A stretch of DNA of 63,980 bases, filler included, from an uncultured bacterium (GCA_964371695.1; 5 parts of 5 records of this genome joined end to end with filler, not necessarily neighbours in it); one strand, 5' to 3'. Counted from the first letter of the whole stretch, positions 20,260 through 30,378 are shown. Notes: a model not told the origin generated them from the letters alone. A program made the numbers and translations.

Positions 20260-22851
20260 TCAATCCAGCTTGGCTTTCCAGCGAAAAAGCAGGTCCAGCG
20301 CCTCGCGGGGGGTGAGTGCGTCCAGGTCCAGGGCCGAGAGGTGCGCCTGCAGCCAGTGGGGCGCGGCGGGAGAAAAAAGCTCCATCTGGGGTTTTTCTTC
20401 GGCCTGGGTCTGCGGCGCGGTGTGAGAGGCGGCCTCGTCCTGCACCAGCAGTTCCAGCGCCCGCACAATCACCGGGTGCGGCAGCCCCGCCAGCCGCGCC
20501 ACCTGAATGCCGAAACTGCGGCTGGTGGCCCCCTTCAGCAACACCCGTTTGAAAATCATCTTCTGGTCTTTTTCTTCGGCGCTCACGTGAAAGTTGCGCA
20601 CCACCGAATACTGCTCGGCGATGTCGCCCAGGCTGTGAAAGTGTGTGGCGAACAGCGTGCGCGCCCGCACCCGCGTGGCCAGGTCCTCTGCCACGGCGCG
20701 GGCGATGGCCATGCCGTCTGCCGTGCTGGTACCCCGGCCCACTTCGTCCAGCAACACCAGACTGCGGTCGGTGGCCGTGGCCAAAATGTGTGAGGTCTCC
20801 ACCATTTCCACCATGAAGGTGCTCAGGCCCTGGCCCACGTCGTCTGACGCGCCGATGCGGGTGTGGATGGCGTCGGCCAGCCCCACGATGGCTTCTTTGG
20901 CCGCCACAAACGACCCCATCTGCGCCATGAGCTGGCACAGCGCCACCTGACGCATGTAGGTGCTTTTCCCCCCCATGTTGGGGCCGGTGATGATGTGCAG
21001 GCTGCCGTCTTCGCTGCCCAGATGGGTGTCGTTGGGAATATACAAACCCTGGGGCAGGCTGGCCTTGACGACGGGGTGAAAGGCCCCCTTCAGGTGCATG
21101 GCGGCGTCTTGCGTCAGCCTCGGACGCACCAGCCCCAGCTCTTTGGCGCACAGCGCCAGCGACAGCAGCACATCCAGCCGCGCCGTGACTGTGGCCGCCT
21201 GCGTCAGCGCCCGCTGGTGAACCCGCAACTGCTCCAGCAGTTCCTGATAACAGCCCTGCTCCAGGGGCAGTAGGCTTTCCTGGGCCTGCAACAGCTTCAT
21301 TTCCATTTCTTTCAGTTCGGGCGTCACAAACCGCTCGGCCCCCGCCAGGGTCTGCTTGCGCTGATATTCCGGCGGGGCCTGCGCCAGATTGGCCTTGGTG
21401 ATTTCGAGGTAATAACCAAAAACCTTGTTGTACCCCACCTTGAGCGAGCGGATGCCGGTGCGGCGGCGTTCTTCTTCTTCCATGCGGCTGATCCACGCCC
21501 TGCCCTCGGTGGCCAGTGCGCGCAGTTCGTCAATTTCGGGGTGAAAACCCGTGCGGATGAAACCGCCGTCGCGGGTGTGGCTGGGGGGGTCTGGCTCAAT
21601 GGCCCGTTCGATGAGCGCGGCGGCGTCTTCCAGCCCCTGGGGCGCCTTCAGCAAAAGGGCCAGTTCTTCACCCACAAACTTGAGCGCGTCGTCGCGCAAA
21701 AGCAGAAACTGCCGCAGGCTCTGGGCCAGGCTGATGAGTTCCTTGGGCCCCGCCAGCGACATGCCCACGCGGCCCCCCAGGCGGCTTAAGTCCCGAATGG
21801 ATTTCAGCCGCTCCCGCAGACCCGCCGCAGCCACGCCTTTTTTCAGAAACAGCTCGATTTCGTCCTGACGCCTTGACAGGCGCGGAATGTCCATCAGCGG
21901 CGTGAGCAGCCACGAGCGCATCAGCCGCGCCCCCATGGGGGTGATGGTGAAATCCAGCGTGTGCAGCAGCGAGCCTTCCTGCCGCCGGTCGCTCAGGCGC
22001 TCCACCAGTTCCAGATTGGCCACGGTGCGGGGTTCCAGCCGCAGGGTCTGGCTGGGGGCAATCACCTGCACCACGTGGGCGTGCCCCAGCGACGTGATGC
22101 GGTTCAGTTCCAGATATTCCAGCAAGAGCGCCAGGGCGCGTTCCTGGGGGCTGTGCCGGGGAATGCCCCAGGCCTCCAGCGCCTCGGCAGAAAAACGCAT
22201 CAGCAGCATTTCTCTGGCTTCGCGCCCCGGCGTGAGGCCCAGGGGCTTGATGGTGCAATCCTCTTTGAACTCGCGGGCCAGCGTGTGATAAACCGGCGTG
22301 TGGGCGGCGTCCTGGTCCAGCACCAGTTCGCGGGGCGTCTGGCGGTGCAGTTCCGAATAAAAACGGTGCGGGTCGGCCCCTTCGCCCAGCACCAGTTTCA
22401 GACCGCCACCCAGCAGGTCCAGCAGCGCGGCGGCGGCCACGCCCCCCACCACCGCCACGGCGGCCAGGTGGTTTTCCACGCGGGCGTCCAGGCGGTCGGC
22501 GTCGGTGAAGGTGCCCGGCGTGATCACGCTGGTGATGGTGCGGCTCACGAGTTTGCCGGGCCGGGCGGTTTCGGTCTGGTCGCACAGCGCCACGCTGTAT
22601 CCCGCCCCCACCAGCTTGGCGATGTAGTGATCCACTGCGTGATGCGGCACGCCGCACATGGCCATGCGGTTGCCCTTGCCCGCCTCGCGGCTGGTGAGGG
22701 TAATCTCCAGCACCGGCGCGGCCAGCTCGGCGTCGGGGCCGAACATCTCATAAAAATCTCCCAGGCGGAACATGAGCACCGCGCCGGGGGCCTCGCGCTT
22801 GGCGGCCTGATATTGCACCATCATGGGGGTGAGGCCCTCTTGCTGGTTCAA
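20260..22851 (-). CDS. mutS: DNA mismatch repair protein MutS
   Basis: TPMMVQY, FRLGDFYEMF, Walker A TGPNMGGKST, STFMVEM, DEVGRGT, FATH. Probable TTG start overlaps the miaB stop. Confidence 0.97.
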   Translation of the reverse strand: MNQQEGLTPMMVQYQAAKREAPGAVLMFRLGDFYEMFGPDAELAAPVLEITLTSREAGKGNRMAMCGVPHHAVDHYIAKLVGAGYSVALCDQTETARPGKLVSRTITSVITPGTFTDADRLDARVENHLAAVAVVGGVAAAALLDLLGGGLKLVLGEGADPHRFYSELHRQTPRELVLDQDAAHTPVYHTLAREFKEDCTIKPLGLTPGREAREMLLMRFSAEALEAWGIPRHSPQERALALLLEYLELNRITSLGHAHVVQVIAPSQTLRLEPRTVANLELVERLSDRRQEGSLLHTLDFTITPMGARLMRSWLLTPLMDIPRLSRRQDEIELFLKKGVAAAGLRERLKSIRDLSRLGGRVGMSLAGPKELISLAQSLRQFLLLRDDALKFVGEELALLLKAPQGLEDAAALIERAIEPDPPSHTRDGGFIRTGFHPEIDELRALATEGRAWISRMEEEERRRTGIRSLKVGYNKVFGYYLEITKANLAQAPPEYQRKQTLAGAERFVTPELKEMEMKLLQAQESLLPLEQGCYQELLEQLRVHQRALTQAATVTARLDVLLSLALCAKELGLVRPRLTQDAAMHLKGAFHPVVKASLPQGLYIPNDTHLGSEDGSLHIITGPNMGGKSTYMRQVALCQLMAQMGSFVAAKEAIVGLADAIHTRIGASDDVGQGLSTFMVEMVETSHILATATDRSLVLLDEVGRGTSTADGMAIARAVAEDLATRVRARTLFATHFHSLGDIAEQYSVVRNFHVSAEEKDQKMIFKRVLLKGATSRSFGIQVARLAGLPHPVIVRALELLVQDEAASHTAPQTQAEEKPQMELFSPAAPHWLQAHLSALDLDALTPREALDLLFRWKAKLD

Positions 22852-24128
22852 GGCAGGTCCTCGGCTTCGCCTAAAAACCCCCAAGGTTTTTGGGTTTTCA
22901 GTGTGACGGTGAGGGTTTGCCCTGGCTGGGCGGTGGGGTGGGCCAGCAGCACCTTGCGGTAATCCCGCGTGTGCCCCACCAGGCGTCCGTCTTTTTCTTT
23001 CCGCGACAAAAACACCTCGCCCCGCTGCCCCAGCAGGCCCTGCCATTTTTGTGCGGCGATCTCCTGCTGGGCCGCCAGCAAATCCTGCACGCGGGATTTG
23101 GCCACATCCACCGGCACTTCCTCGGCGGGGGGGCGTTTGGCGGCGGGTGTGCCCTGGCGGGGGCTGTAGGCAAATACAAAGGCGCTGTCCCAGGCGATGT
23201 CGCGCATGAGCGTGAGCGTGGCCTGATGGTCTTCTTCGGTCTCGCCGGGAAAACCGGCGATGAGGTCGGTGCTGATGCTGGCAGTGGGGCAATAACGGCG
23301 CACCATGGCCACCTTCTCACGATATTCCGCCGCTGTGCCCCGGCGGTTCATGCGGGTGAGCATGGTCTCGCTGCCCGACTGGATGGGCAGGTGAAACGAC
23401 GTGTAACACCTGGGGTTTTCAGCCACATAAGCCACCAATTCTTCGGTGAGGTCGTTGGGGTGACTGGTGAGAAACCGCACCCGTTCCACACCTTCTTCCT
23501 CACACACCGCCTTGAGCAAATCCAGAAAAGTCACGCCTTCAAGGTCACGGCCATACCACAACACGTTCTGCCCCAGCAGGGTGAACTCCCGCGCCCCGTG
23601 GCCTGCCGCCCGGCGCACCTGTTGCAAAATCTCTTCCATGGGCACGCTGTCTTCGTGGCCCCGCACAAAAGGCACAATGCAGAAAGTGCAGTAATAGCTG
23701 CACCCCCGCACCACCGTCAGACCCATGGAAACATCCGCCGCCGTCTTGGCCGCCGGGGCCGTGGCCGGGTCCACCCCCAGGGCCTCCAGCAGACGCTGGC
23801 GGGGGTTGCGCTCTTTCGCGCCAATCAGAAAATCCACAAAAGGGAACTTGCCGAACTGGTGGGTTTTCATTTCAGGCACCCACCCCATCACACCCACCTT
23901 GATGTTGGGGCGGGCGGCCTTGATTTTGGCCAGACGCCCCACCTCGCTATAGGCCTTGTGCTCGGCCTTGTCGCGCACGCTGCACGTGTTCACCAGCAGC
24001 ACGTCGGCCTCCTGCGGGTCAAAGGTGCGGTGATAACCCAGGCTTTCCAGCACGTCGGCGGCGGTTTCGCTGTCCACCTCGTTCATCTGGCAGCCGAAGG
24101 TGCGTATGTGATAACGGCCTTCAAACAT
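22848..24128 (-). CDS. miaB: tRNA (i6A37) methylthiotransferase MiaB
   Basis: TFGCQMN…DS, NTCSVRDKAE, radical SAM CSYYCTFC, HLPIQSGS, YSPRQGTPA, C-terminal TRAM domain. Confidence 0.9.
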   Translation of the reverse strand: MFEGRYHIRTFGCQMNEVDSETAADVLESLGYHRTFDPQEADVLLVNTCSVRDKAEHKAYSEVGRLAKIKAARPNIKVGVMGWVPEMKTHQFGKFPFVDFLIGAKERNPRQRLLEALGVDPATAPAAKTAADVSMGLTVVRGCSYYCTFCIVPFVRGHEDSVPMEEILQQVRRAAGHGAREFTLLGQNVLWYGRDLEGVTFLDLLKAVCEEEGVERVRFLTSHPNDLTEELVAYVAENPRCYTSFHLPIQSGSETMLTRMNRRGTAAEYREKVAMVRRYCPTASISTDLIAGFPGETEEDHQATLTLMRDIAWDSAFVFAYSPRQGTPAAKRPPAEEVPVDVAKSRVQDLLAAQQEIAAQKWQGLLGQRGEVFLSRKEKDGRLVGHTRDYRKVLLAHPTAQPGQTLTVTLKTQKPWGFLGEAEDLP

Positions 24129-24178
24129 GTCTCTGCAACCCTAGGAAGCTGTTGCAAGGCTTGCAAGCAAAGCGCGCA

Positions 24179-25354
24179 TCAGGCCCCTTGCGACAAGCTG
24201 ACCTTCGCCGCCACGGCCTGGGCCTTTTGCACCAGTCCGTGGGCGTCCGTGGACAAATCCCCCCACGCCAGAGCCACACCCATGCGCCGGTGTACCCGGC
24301 AGGATGGTTTACCAAACAGACGCAGGTCGGTGCGAGGCTCTGACAGTGCTGTCTCCAGGCCCTCAAACACCGGCGGATGGGGCGATTCAAAACCCGACAG
24401 AATCACGGCGCTCGCGCCAGCCCGCTCCAGCGTGATTTCGGGGATCGGCAACCCCAGCACGGCGCGGCAGTGCAGCTCAAACTCGCTGAAGTTCTGCGTG
24501 CCCGCCAGTGTGACCATGCCGGTGTCGTGGGGGCGGGGCGAAAGCTCCGAGAAATACACACCGTCTTTGGCCAGGAAAAACTCCACGCCCCAGATGCCCG
24601 CGCCCGTGAGCGCCGCCGTCACCTGGGCCGCCATGGTCTGGGCCTCTTGCAGCAGGGCGGCGTCCATGGCCATGGGCTGCCAGCTTTCCTGATAATCCCC
24701 CCGCTCCTGACGATGGCCGATGGGGGCGCAAAACAGCGTGGGGCCGTTTTGTTGCGTCACGGTGAGCAGCGTGATTTCGGCAAAGAAATCCACAAAGGCT
24801 TCCACAATCACCTCCACCTGATCGCCCCTTCCCCCTTTCACCGCATAGTCCCAGGCTTTGCCGATGTCCGCTTCGGTTCGGATCACCGACTGCCCCTTGC
24901 CAGAGGACGACATGATGGGCTTCACCACACAAGGCAGGCCGATTTCCCCCACCGCCCGGCGCAGTTCATCTTCAGACACGGCGTAGGCGTAGCGGGCGGT
25001 TTTCAGCCCCAGTTCCTTGGCGGCCAGATCGCGGATGGCCTTGCGGTTCATGGTGAAATTGGCAGCGCGGGCGCTGGGCACCACCTGAATGCCCTGCTTT
25101 TCATAATCATAAAACCGCTCGGTGCGGATGGCCTCTATCTCCGGCACGATGAGATCCGGTTTGTGTTTCGCCACCACGGCGTCCAGCGCCGCGCCGTCGA
25201 GCATGTTGATGACCTCAAAGCCGTGGGCCACCTGCATGGCGGGCGCGCCGGGATAACTGTCCACCGCCACCACACGCTGACCCAGACGCTGGGCGGCAAT
25301 GACAAACTCCTTGCCCAGTTCGCCGCTGCCGAGTAAAAGGATGATTTTCTGCAT
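24179..25354 (-). CDS. purT: Formate-dependent phosphoribosylglycinamide formyltransferase
   Basis: [51 protein letters not shown]. Strong AAGGAGG RBS. Confidence 0.97.
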   Translation of the reverse strand: MQKIILLLGSGELGKEFVIAAQRLGQRVVAVDSYPGAPAMQVAHGFEVINMLDGAALDAVVAKHKPDLIVPEIEAIRTERFYDYEKQGIQVVPSARAANFTMNRKAIRDLAAKELGLKTARYAYAVSEDELRRAVGEIGLPCVVKPIMSSSGKGQSVIRTEADIGKAWDYAVKGGRGDQVEVIVEAFVDFFAEITLLTVTQQNGPTLFCAPIGHRQERGDYQESWQPMAMDAALLQEAQTMAAQVTAALTGAGIWGVEFFLAKDGVYFSELSPRPHDTGMVTLAGTQNFSEFELHCRAVLGLPIPEITLERAGASAVILSGFESPHPPVFEGLETALSEPRTDLRLFGKPSCRVHRRMGVALAWGDLSTDAHGLVQKAQAVAAKVSLSQGA

Positions 25355-25495
25355 GTCTGACCTCCTTCAGGTTCTTTTGGTGGGGCAGGATGCCGACCCC
25401 GCCAGTGACTTGAAATTTGACGGAGCTGGATTTTACCAGCCATCGACGAATTCCCATTAACATGATTCAGACGCAACCGTCTTTTTGCCACCGAC

Positions 25496-26734
25496 ATGGA
25501 ACTTCAGGATCAATTTTTACGACTCGGTGTGGCCCTGGGCCTGGGGCTGCTGGTGGGCATGCAACGCGAACGCTCCGGCGCGGTGCTGGCGGGGTTCCGC
25601 ACTTTTCCATTGGTGACGGTGACGGGTTTTTTCTGCGCACTGCTCAACAGTCAGGCCGGGGGCTGGCTGATTGGGGCGGGCCTGCTGGCCCTGGTGGGTC
25701 TGGAGCTCATCGCCGGTCAGGCCAACCGGCCCAAACTGGCCGAGCCGCCGGGCCTCACCACGCTGGCGGCCCTGCTGCTGATGTTTCTGGTGGGGGCCTG
25801 GCTGGTAAAAGGCGACATCAGTCTGGCGCTGGTGGTGTCGGCAGGCGTGGCGGTGCTGTTGCAGATGAAAGGTTCGCTGCATTCCTTTGTGAACCGCCTC
25901 ACCGATGATGAATATCAGGCCATCACCCGTTTTGTGCTGCTGGCGCTGGTGGTGCTGCCGGTTTTACCCGACAAGGCCTATGGCCCATTCGGCGTGCTGA
26001 ACCCCCATGAAATCTGGCTGATGGTGGTGCTGATCGTGGGCATCAGCCTGGGGGGCTATGTGGCCTTCAAACTGTTTGGCAACCGGGGCGGCACAGTGGT
26101 GGCGGGGTTGCTGGGAGGCGTCATCTCCAGCACCGCCACCACGCTCAGCTACGCCCGCCGCGTCAAACAGACCCCCGCCCTGGCCAATCTGGCGGTGGTG
26201 GTGGTGACCCTCGCAAGCGCCATGGTGTTCCTGCGCCTGTCGCTGGAAATCGCCGTGGTGGCCCCGGACTTTTTGCCCACCGCTGCGCCCCCCATGGGCA
26301 TGATGGCCGGCCTGATGACCCTGCTGTGCCTCATCGCCTGGGCAATCGGCAAACCCGGCGCTACCCCCCTGCCCCAAGAGGGCGACCTGGCTCAGATGAA
26401 CGCCGCTTTGGCCTTTGGCCTGCTCTATGCCGTGATCGTGTTTTCGGTGGCCGCCACCAAGGAACACTTTGGCAACGAGGGGTTGTATGTGGTGGCGGTG
26501 CTCTCAGGCCTCACCGACGTGGACGCCATCACGCTGTCCACCTCCAACCTGGTGCGTTCGGGCAAACTCTCTGCCACCACCGGCTGGAAGCTGATCTTGG
26601 TGGCGGCGCTGTCCAACCTGGGCTTCAAGGGTCTGCTGGCGGTGCTGGTGGGCAGCCGTGTGCTGGCCTTGCGCCTGCTGCCCCTGTTTGGCGCGGCCAT
26701 TGCGGGGGGCCTGGGAATTCTGTTTTTCTGGTGA
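25496..26734 (+). CDS. MgtC/SapB + DUF4010 family membrane protein
   Basis: LGLLVGMQRE, AGFRTFPL, GLTT, GGVISSTATT, SGLTDVDAITLS. Confidence 0.9.
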   Translation: MELQDQFLRLGVALGLGLLVGMQRERSGAVLAGFRTFPLVTVTGFFCALLNSQAGGWLIGAGLLALVGLELIAGQANRPKLAEPPGLTTLAALLLMFLVGAWLVKGDISLALVVSAGVAVLLQMKGSLHSFVNRLTDDEYQAITRFVLLALVVLPVLPDKAYGPFGVLNPHEIWLMVVLIVGISLGGYVAFKLFGNRGGTVVAGLLGGVISSTATTLSYARRVKQTPALANLAVVVVTLASAMVFLRLSLEIAVVAPDFLPTAAPPMGMMAGLMTLLCLIAWAIGKPGATPLPQEGDLAQMNAALAFGLLYAVIVFSVAATKEHFGNEGLYVVAVLSGLTDVDAITLSTSNLVRSGKLSATTGWKLILVAALSNLGFKGLLAVLVGSRVLALRLLPLFGAAIAGGLGILFFW

Positions 26735-26735
26735 A

Positions 26736-27713
26736 TTACTTCTTGTGTTCCGACGACAGCCGCTCGCGCCAATAGGCCAGTGTGTCCGTCAGGGTTTTTT
26801 CCAGCGGGATTTCCGGCTTCCAGCCCGTGGCGGCGTGAAACTTGCTGAAGTCCCCCAGCAAAATCTCCACGTCGCTGGGCCTCATGCGGGCCGGGTCCGT
26901 TTCCACCGTCACCTTGGCGGTGGACATGGCGAGCTGGCGGTCCAGCAGTTCCTGCATGGTGATGCACTGGCCGCTGGCAAGGTTATAGACCTCGCCGGGC
27001 ACACCTTTTTCCAGCGCCAGCCAGTAACCCCGCACCATGTCGCGCACGTCGGTGAAATCTCGCTTGGCCGTCAGGTTGCCCACCTTGATCACCGGCAGCT
27101 GCAAACCCAGTTCCACCGCCGCCACCTGCTTGGCAAAGGCGCTGGTGACAAACACCTCGCCCCGGCGCGGGCCTTCGTGGTTAAAACCTCGCGTGCGCAC
27201 CGTAAACAGGCCATAGCTGGCGTGATATTGATAACCCAGCATGTCCTGGGCCACCTTGCTCACGCCATAGGGGCTGAGGGGCCGCAGGGGGTTGGTCTCC
27301 CTGATGGGGGTTTCTTCGGGCAGCACCATGCCATATTCCTCGCTGGAACAGGCGATCTGCATGCGGCAGTCGTTCAGCCCCAGTTGGCGCATGGCCTCCA
27401 GCAGGTTCACCGTGCTGTCGATGTTGGTGTGCATGGTGGCCACCGGGCTGTTCCAACTGGTGGGCACAAAACTCTGGGCCGCCAGGTGAAAAATGCGGTC
27501 AGGGCGAATTTTCTCCAGAGCGGAATGTACGCTGGGAAAATCCAGCAGGTCACATTCCACCAGTTCAATGCTGTCTGCGAGGTGTTCGATGTTCTCCATG
27601 CGGCTGCGCACACGAATGAGGCCGGAAATCTGCACACCGGGCTGGTGCGCCTGCAGATACTCCACCAGATGGCTGCCCGCAAAACCCGAAACGCCGGTGA
27701 TCAGAACACGCAT
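26736..27713 (-). CDS. GDP-mannose 4,6-dehydratase-family NAD(P)-dependent enzyme
   Basis: ITGVSGFAGSHL, HLAAQSFV, SSEEYG, YGVSK, FNHEGPRRG, GNL…RDFTDVRD. GGAGG RBS. Confidence 0.9.
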   Translation of the reverse strand: MRVLITGVSGFAGSHLVEYLQAHQPGVQISGLIRVRSRMENIEHLADSIELVECDLLDFPSVHSALEKIRPDRIFHLAAQSFVPTSWNSPVATMHTNIDSTVNLLEAMRQLGLNDCRMQIACSSEEYGMVLPEETPIRETNPLRPLSPYGVSKVAQDMLGYQYHASYGLFTVRTRGFNHEGPRRGEVFVTSAFAKQVAAVELGLQLPVIKVGNLTAKRDFTDVRDMVRGYWLALEKGVPGEVYNLASGQCITMQELLDRQLAMSTAKVTVETDPARMRPSDVEILLGDFSKFHAATGWKPEIPLEKTLTDTLAYWRERLSSEHKK

Positions 27714-27855
27714 GAAGCCTCCAGAACAAGGTGATGACCGGGGCATTTAACCATGGCCCGGCGTGCTTTGCACTGTTGGGGTTTATCGGCAAAGAAACTC
27801 GGCGGATTAACAGAGGGGTGAAAAACGCGGGCACCCCAGCCGGGTGGCTACATTA

Positions 27856-27904
27856 CCCTCTCCCCTTTACGGGGAGAGGGTGGCGCGGAGCGCCGGGTGA
27901 GGGG
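27856..27904. repeat. CCCTCTCCCC…GGGGAGAGGG double-hairpin palindromic repeat
   Basis: Essentially identical copy at 28009-28056. Variants at 57561-57607, 63524-63572 and 63715-63740. Confidence 0.85.
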
Positions 27905-27908
27905 TTTA

Positions 27909-28008
27909 NNNNNNNNNNNNNNNNNNNNNNNNNNNNNNNNNNNNNNNNNNNNTTAATTAATTAANNNNNNNNNNNNNNNNNNNNNNNNNNNNNNNNNNNN
28001 NNNNNNNN
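27909..28008. other. Artificial contig spacer
   Basis: N44-TTAATTAATTAA-N44. Confidence 0.98.
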
Positions 28009-28244
28009 CCTCTCCCCTTTACGGGGAGAGGGTGGCGCGGAGCGCCGGGTGAGGGGTAGGCAAAAAGCCGGGGCCGCAGGCCCCCACCTTGAACCCCCCT
28101 TTGGGGGGTTTGGGGGGAGGTCGGATGGTCCGCCGCGCTGGTTTCGGCAACAGTCGGCCAGACAGAATGGAGAACGGATGGCGGGGGCGCGGCAGCGCCG
28201 GGCATAAAAAAAGATCAAAAACCTTATTTGGTTTTTCTTCATCG

Positions 28245-28296
28245 CCCGGCGCTGTCGCGCCGCTGGGCGCGCCCGGCAGCATCAATATGCTGCCGC
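28245..28296. repeat. 52-bp dispersed palindromic repeat
   Basis: Identical to 63628-63679; contains the GGCAGCAT-CAAT-ATGCTGCC hairpin. Confidence 0.85.
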
Positions 28297-28432
28297 AATC
28301 CCAAAAGACCGCCCACGCCCATTACCCGCCTGGGGCTTCGCCTTCGCTCCGCCCCAGTCTGCCCTCTCCCATGCAAGGCACGGGAGAGGGGAAAGGGCGG
28401 GCCTTTTCTTTCCAGCTTCCAACTTCCTGCTC

Positions 28433-29257
28433 TTACCCCACCGTCCAGAACACGTCCTCACCCAGGGCCATGGACTGGGCCGTGTGGCCCAGGTGGGCCT
28501 GAAGGGCGGCGGTGTCCAGCACACGGGTCCACAGCAGGGAAGCGGTTTCGCCGTTTTCAAAAATCACCTCACGCGCCAGCGGATGATGGGGATGCCGCTG
28601 CCAGTCGTCCATCACCAGACCCAGGGGCCGGGGCGCGCCCCCCAACTGATACACCACCCAGGGCGCGGGGGCGGGGCCAGATGCGGGAAAAAGCAGCCCC
28701 TTCACACTGTGCAATAAATGGGCCGAAGCGGCCACACACACCGGGGTTTCGGCGGGGGGCAACCGCAGCGGCCCCTCACCCGCTGCCAAGGCACGAAAGC
28801 CGCTGAAGGCCGGGGCCGCTTCACCAGCGACTTCACCCACCCGCAGCACCGCCCCCGCCACTGAGCCAACATTCAGCGCCGCCAGCAGCGGGGCTTCGGC
28901 CATCAAGGCCCGCGCCCCCAGCGGCGTGTCTGGCGTCAGGGGGTCCGCCACCAGCACCGGCTGGCGCACCGCCTGACCATAAACCTCGGCACTGGAAAGC
29001 AGCACCACGCGCCAGGGCGCGGCCTGTTCCGCCGCCGTGGCCAGCAGGTTTTCCCACCAGCGCAGAAAACCAAAAAAGATTTCGGCGGTTTCCATCAGCG
29101 GCGGCTCAACAAACCACAACGCCGGTTGTTCGCCGGTGAGGGGCGGCGGCTGGGCGGCGTCAAACCACAACACCGGCCCCGCGCCTGCGGGCTGGTTTTC
29201 AAAACACGCTCTGGCCGCGCCCACGGCGGGCCCCAGCAGCGCCAGGGGTGTGTTCAT
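28433..29257 (-). CDS. Degenerate NAD-dependent epimerase/dehydratase-like protein
   Basis: VVLLSSAEVYG and LDTAALQAHLG resemble the extended SDR fold. Start overlaps the trpA stop (ATGA). Confidence 0.6.
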   Translation of the reverse strand: MNTPLALLGPAVGAARACFENQPAGAGPVLWFDAAQPPPLTGEQPALWFVEPPLMETAEIFFGFLRWWENLLATAAEQAAPWRVVLLSSAEVYGQAVRQPVLVADPLTPDTPLGARALMAEAPLLAALNVGSVAGAVLRVGEVAGEAAPAFSGFRALAAGEGPLRLPPAETPVCVAASAHLLHSVKGLLFPASGPAPAPWVVYQLGGAPRPLGLVMDDWQRHPHHPLAREVIFENGETASLLWTRVLDTAALQAHLGHTAQSMALGEDVFWTVG

Positions 29258-30039
29258 TTTCCGTCCAGGCCCTGGCGCAGGCCCCTGAGCAGGGTGCGCT
29301 GGTCTTTTTCGCTCTCACGCAAATTGATGAGCGCGCTGGCGACAATCACGCCGTCGGCATGGGGCCGCAGCAGACTGGCGTGGGCCTTGCTGCTGATGCC
29401 AAACCCCACCAGCACGGGGGTTTTGGTGAGGGACTTGAGGCTTTTCAGGAAGGGCAACAGGCGGGGGTCCAGATTTTTGCGTGCGCCGGTGATGCCGGTG
29501 GTGGAGACGGCGTAGACAAAGCCGTCGCTGTGGCGGGCCACCAGGGCCTGACGGCTTTTGTCGGTGTTGGGCGTGGTGAGAAAAATTGTGCCCATGTCCA
29601 GCTTTTGGGCGATGCGGCGATAGTCGCGGCTTTGCTCCACCGGCAGGTCGCTCACAATGGTGGCGGCGATGCCCGACTGCTTCAGCTCCTTCAGGAACTT
29701 TTCCTCACCCCGGCGATAAAGCGGGCTGACATAGGTCATGGCCACCAGGGGCACGGGGGTTTCGCGGCTCAGGGTGTGAATGAGCTTCAGCCCCCTGGCC
29801 AGGGTGAAACCGGCGTCAAAGGCGCGGGCCGCCGAGGCCTGGATGGTGGGGCCGTCGGCCACCGGGTCGGAATAGGGAATGCCCACCTCAATGGCGTCGG
29901 CCCCTTGCTCGGTCATGAGCTGAATCTGACGGCGCGTGGCATCGGGTCCGCCGTCGTACAACATGGCAAAGGGCACCAGCAGGCGGCGGCCCTGGTTTTT
30001 CAGCTCCATCAGGTGTTGTCCAAAACTTGAGCGCGACAC
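29254..30039 (-). CDS. trpA: Tryptophan synthase alpha subunit
   Basis: IEVGIPYSDPVADGPTIQ, DLPVE, FVYAVSTTGITGAR, VGFGIS, ADGVIVASA. Confidence 0.93.
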   Translation of the reverse strand: MSRSSFGQHLMELKNQGRRLLVPFAMLYDGGPDATRRQIQLMTEQGADAIEVGIPYSDPVADGPTIQASAARAFDAGFTLARGLKLIHTLSRETPVPLVAMTYVSPLYRRGEEKFLKELKQSGIAATIVSDLPVEQSRDYRRIAQKLDMGTIFLTTPNTDKSRQALVARHSDGFVYAVSTTGITGARKNLDPRLLPFLKSLKSLTKTPVLVGFGISSKAHASLLRPHADGVIVASALINLRESEKDQRTLLRGLRQGLDGK

Positions 30040-30151
30040 CGGCGCATTGTAAGGAAAAACAAAGCAGGTGGCTTGGAGTGTTCACTGGTTTGGTCAGGGC
30101 GGCATTGCTTCGGGTTACTTGAAGGGTGGCGTCATTCCCGTGAAGGCGGCA

Positions 30152-30324
30152 GTAGCCCCGGCGTCCCGCCGGGAGCATCAACCGCGCCAAAGGCGCGCAC
30201 CATTCAGATTGCTCTTCATACTTCCCTGAAAAAACCCTGTTTGGTGACGCCTTCGGCGTTTTTTTTCTCCCGGCGGGACGCCGGGGCTACCAATAAACCT
30301 GACAGCAATGGACACCGCCGCTAC
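30152..30324. repeat. REPIN-like doublet of GTAG-family REP (GTAGCCCCGGCGTCCCGCCGGGAG)
   Basis: 24-bp perfect inverted repeat at 30152-30175 and 30267-30290. Near-identical partial copy at 39965-40060 and a full variant at 59121-59255. Confidence 0.85.
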
Positions 30325-30378
30325 GCCTGTTGAAGGGGCTCTGGTCACCCCCTGCTTGCCATCCCGCCTCAAATCCGT

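Noticed and set aside
22852-23292. 147-aa N-terminal extension of MutS in the ORF track
   Set aside because: It overlaps miaB in another frame. MutS homology begins near the TTG at 22851.
22890-24692. Long antisense or alternate-frame ORFs (also 12193-13566, 56135-57817, 60432-61781 and many others)
   Set aside because: Shadow ORFs of well-supported genes in high-GC DNA, with no recognisable motifs.
25355-25495. Hairpins upstream of purT as a purine/ZTP/PRPP riboswitch
   Set aside because: I could not match the conserved cores of those riboswitches by eye; an Rfam search would be needed.
27856-28057. Identical ~48-bp sequence on both sides of the spacer, suggesting the contigs overlap
   Set aside because: The sequences diverge right after GAGGGGT (TTA versus AGG). 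It is a multi-copy repeat that breaks assemblies.
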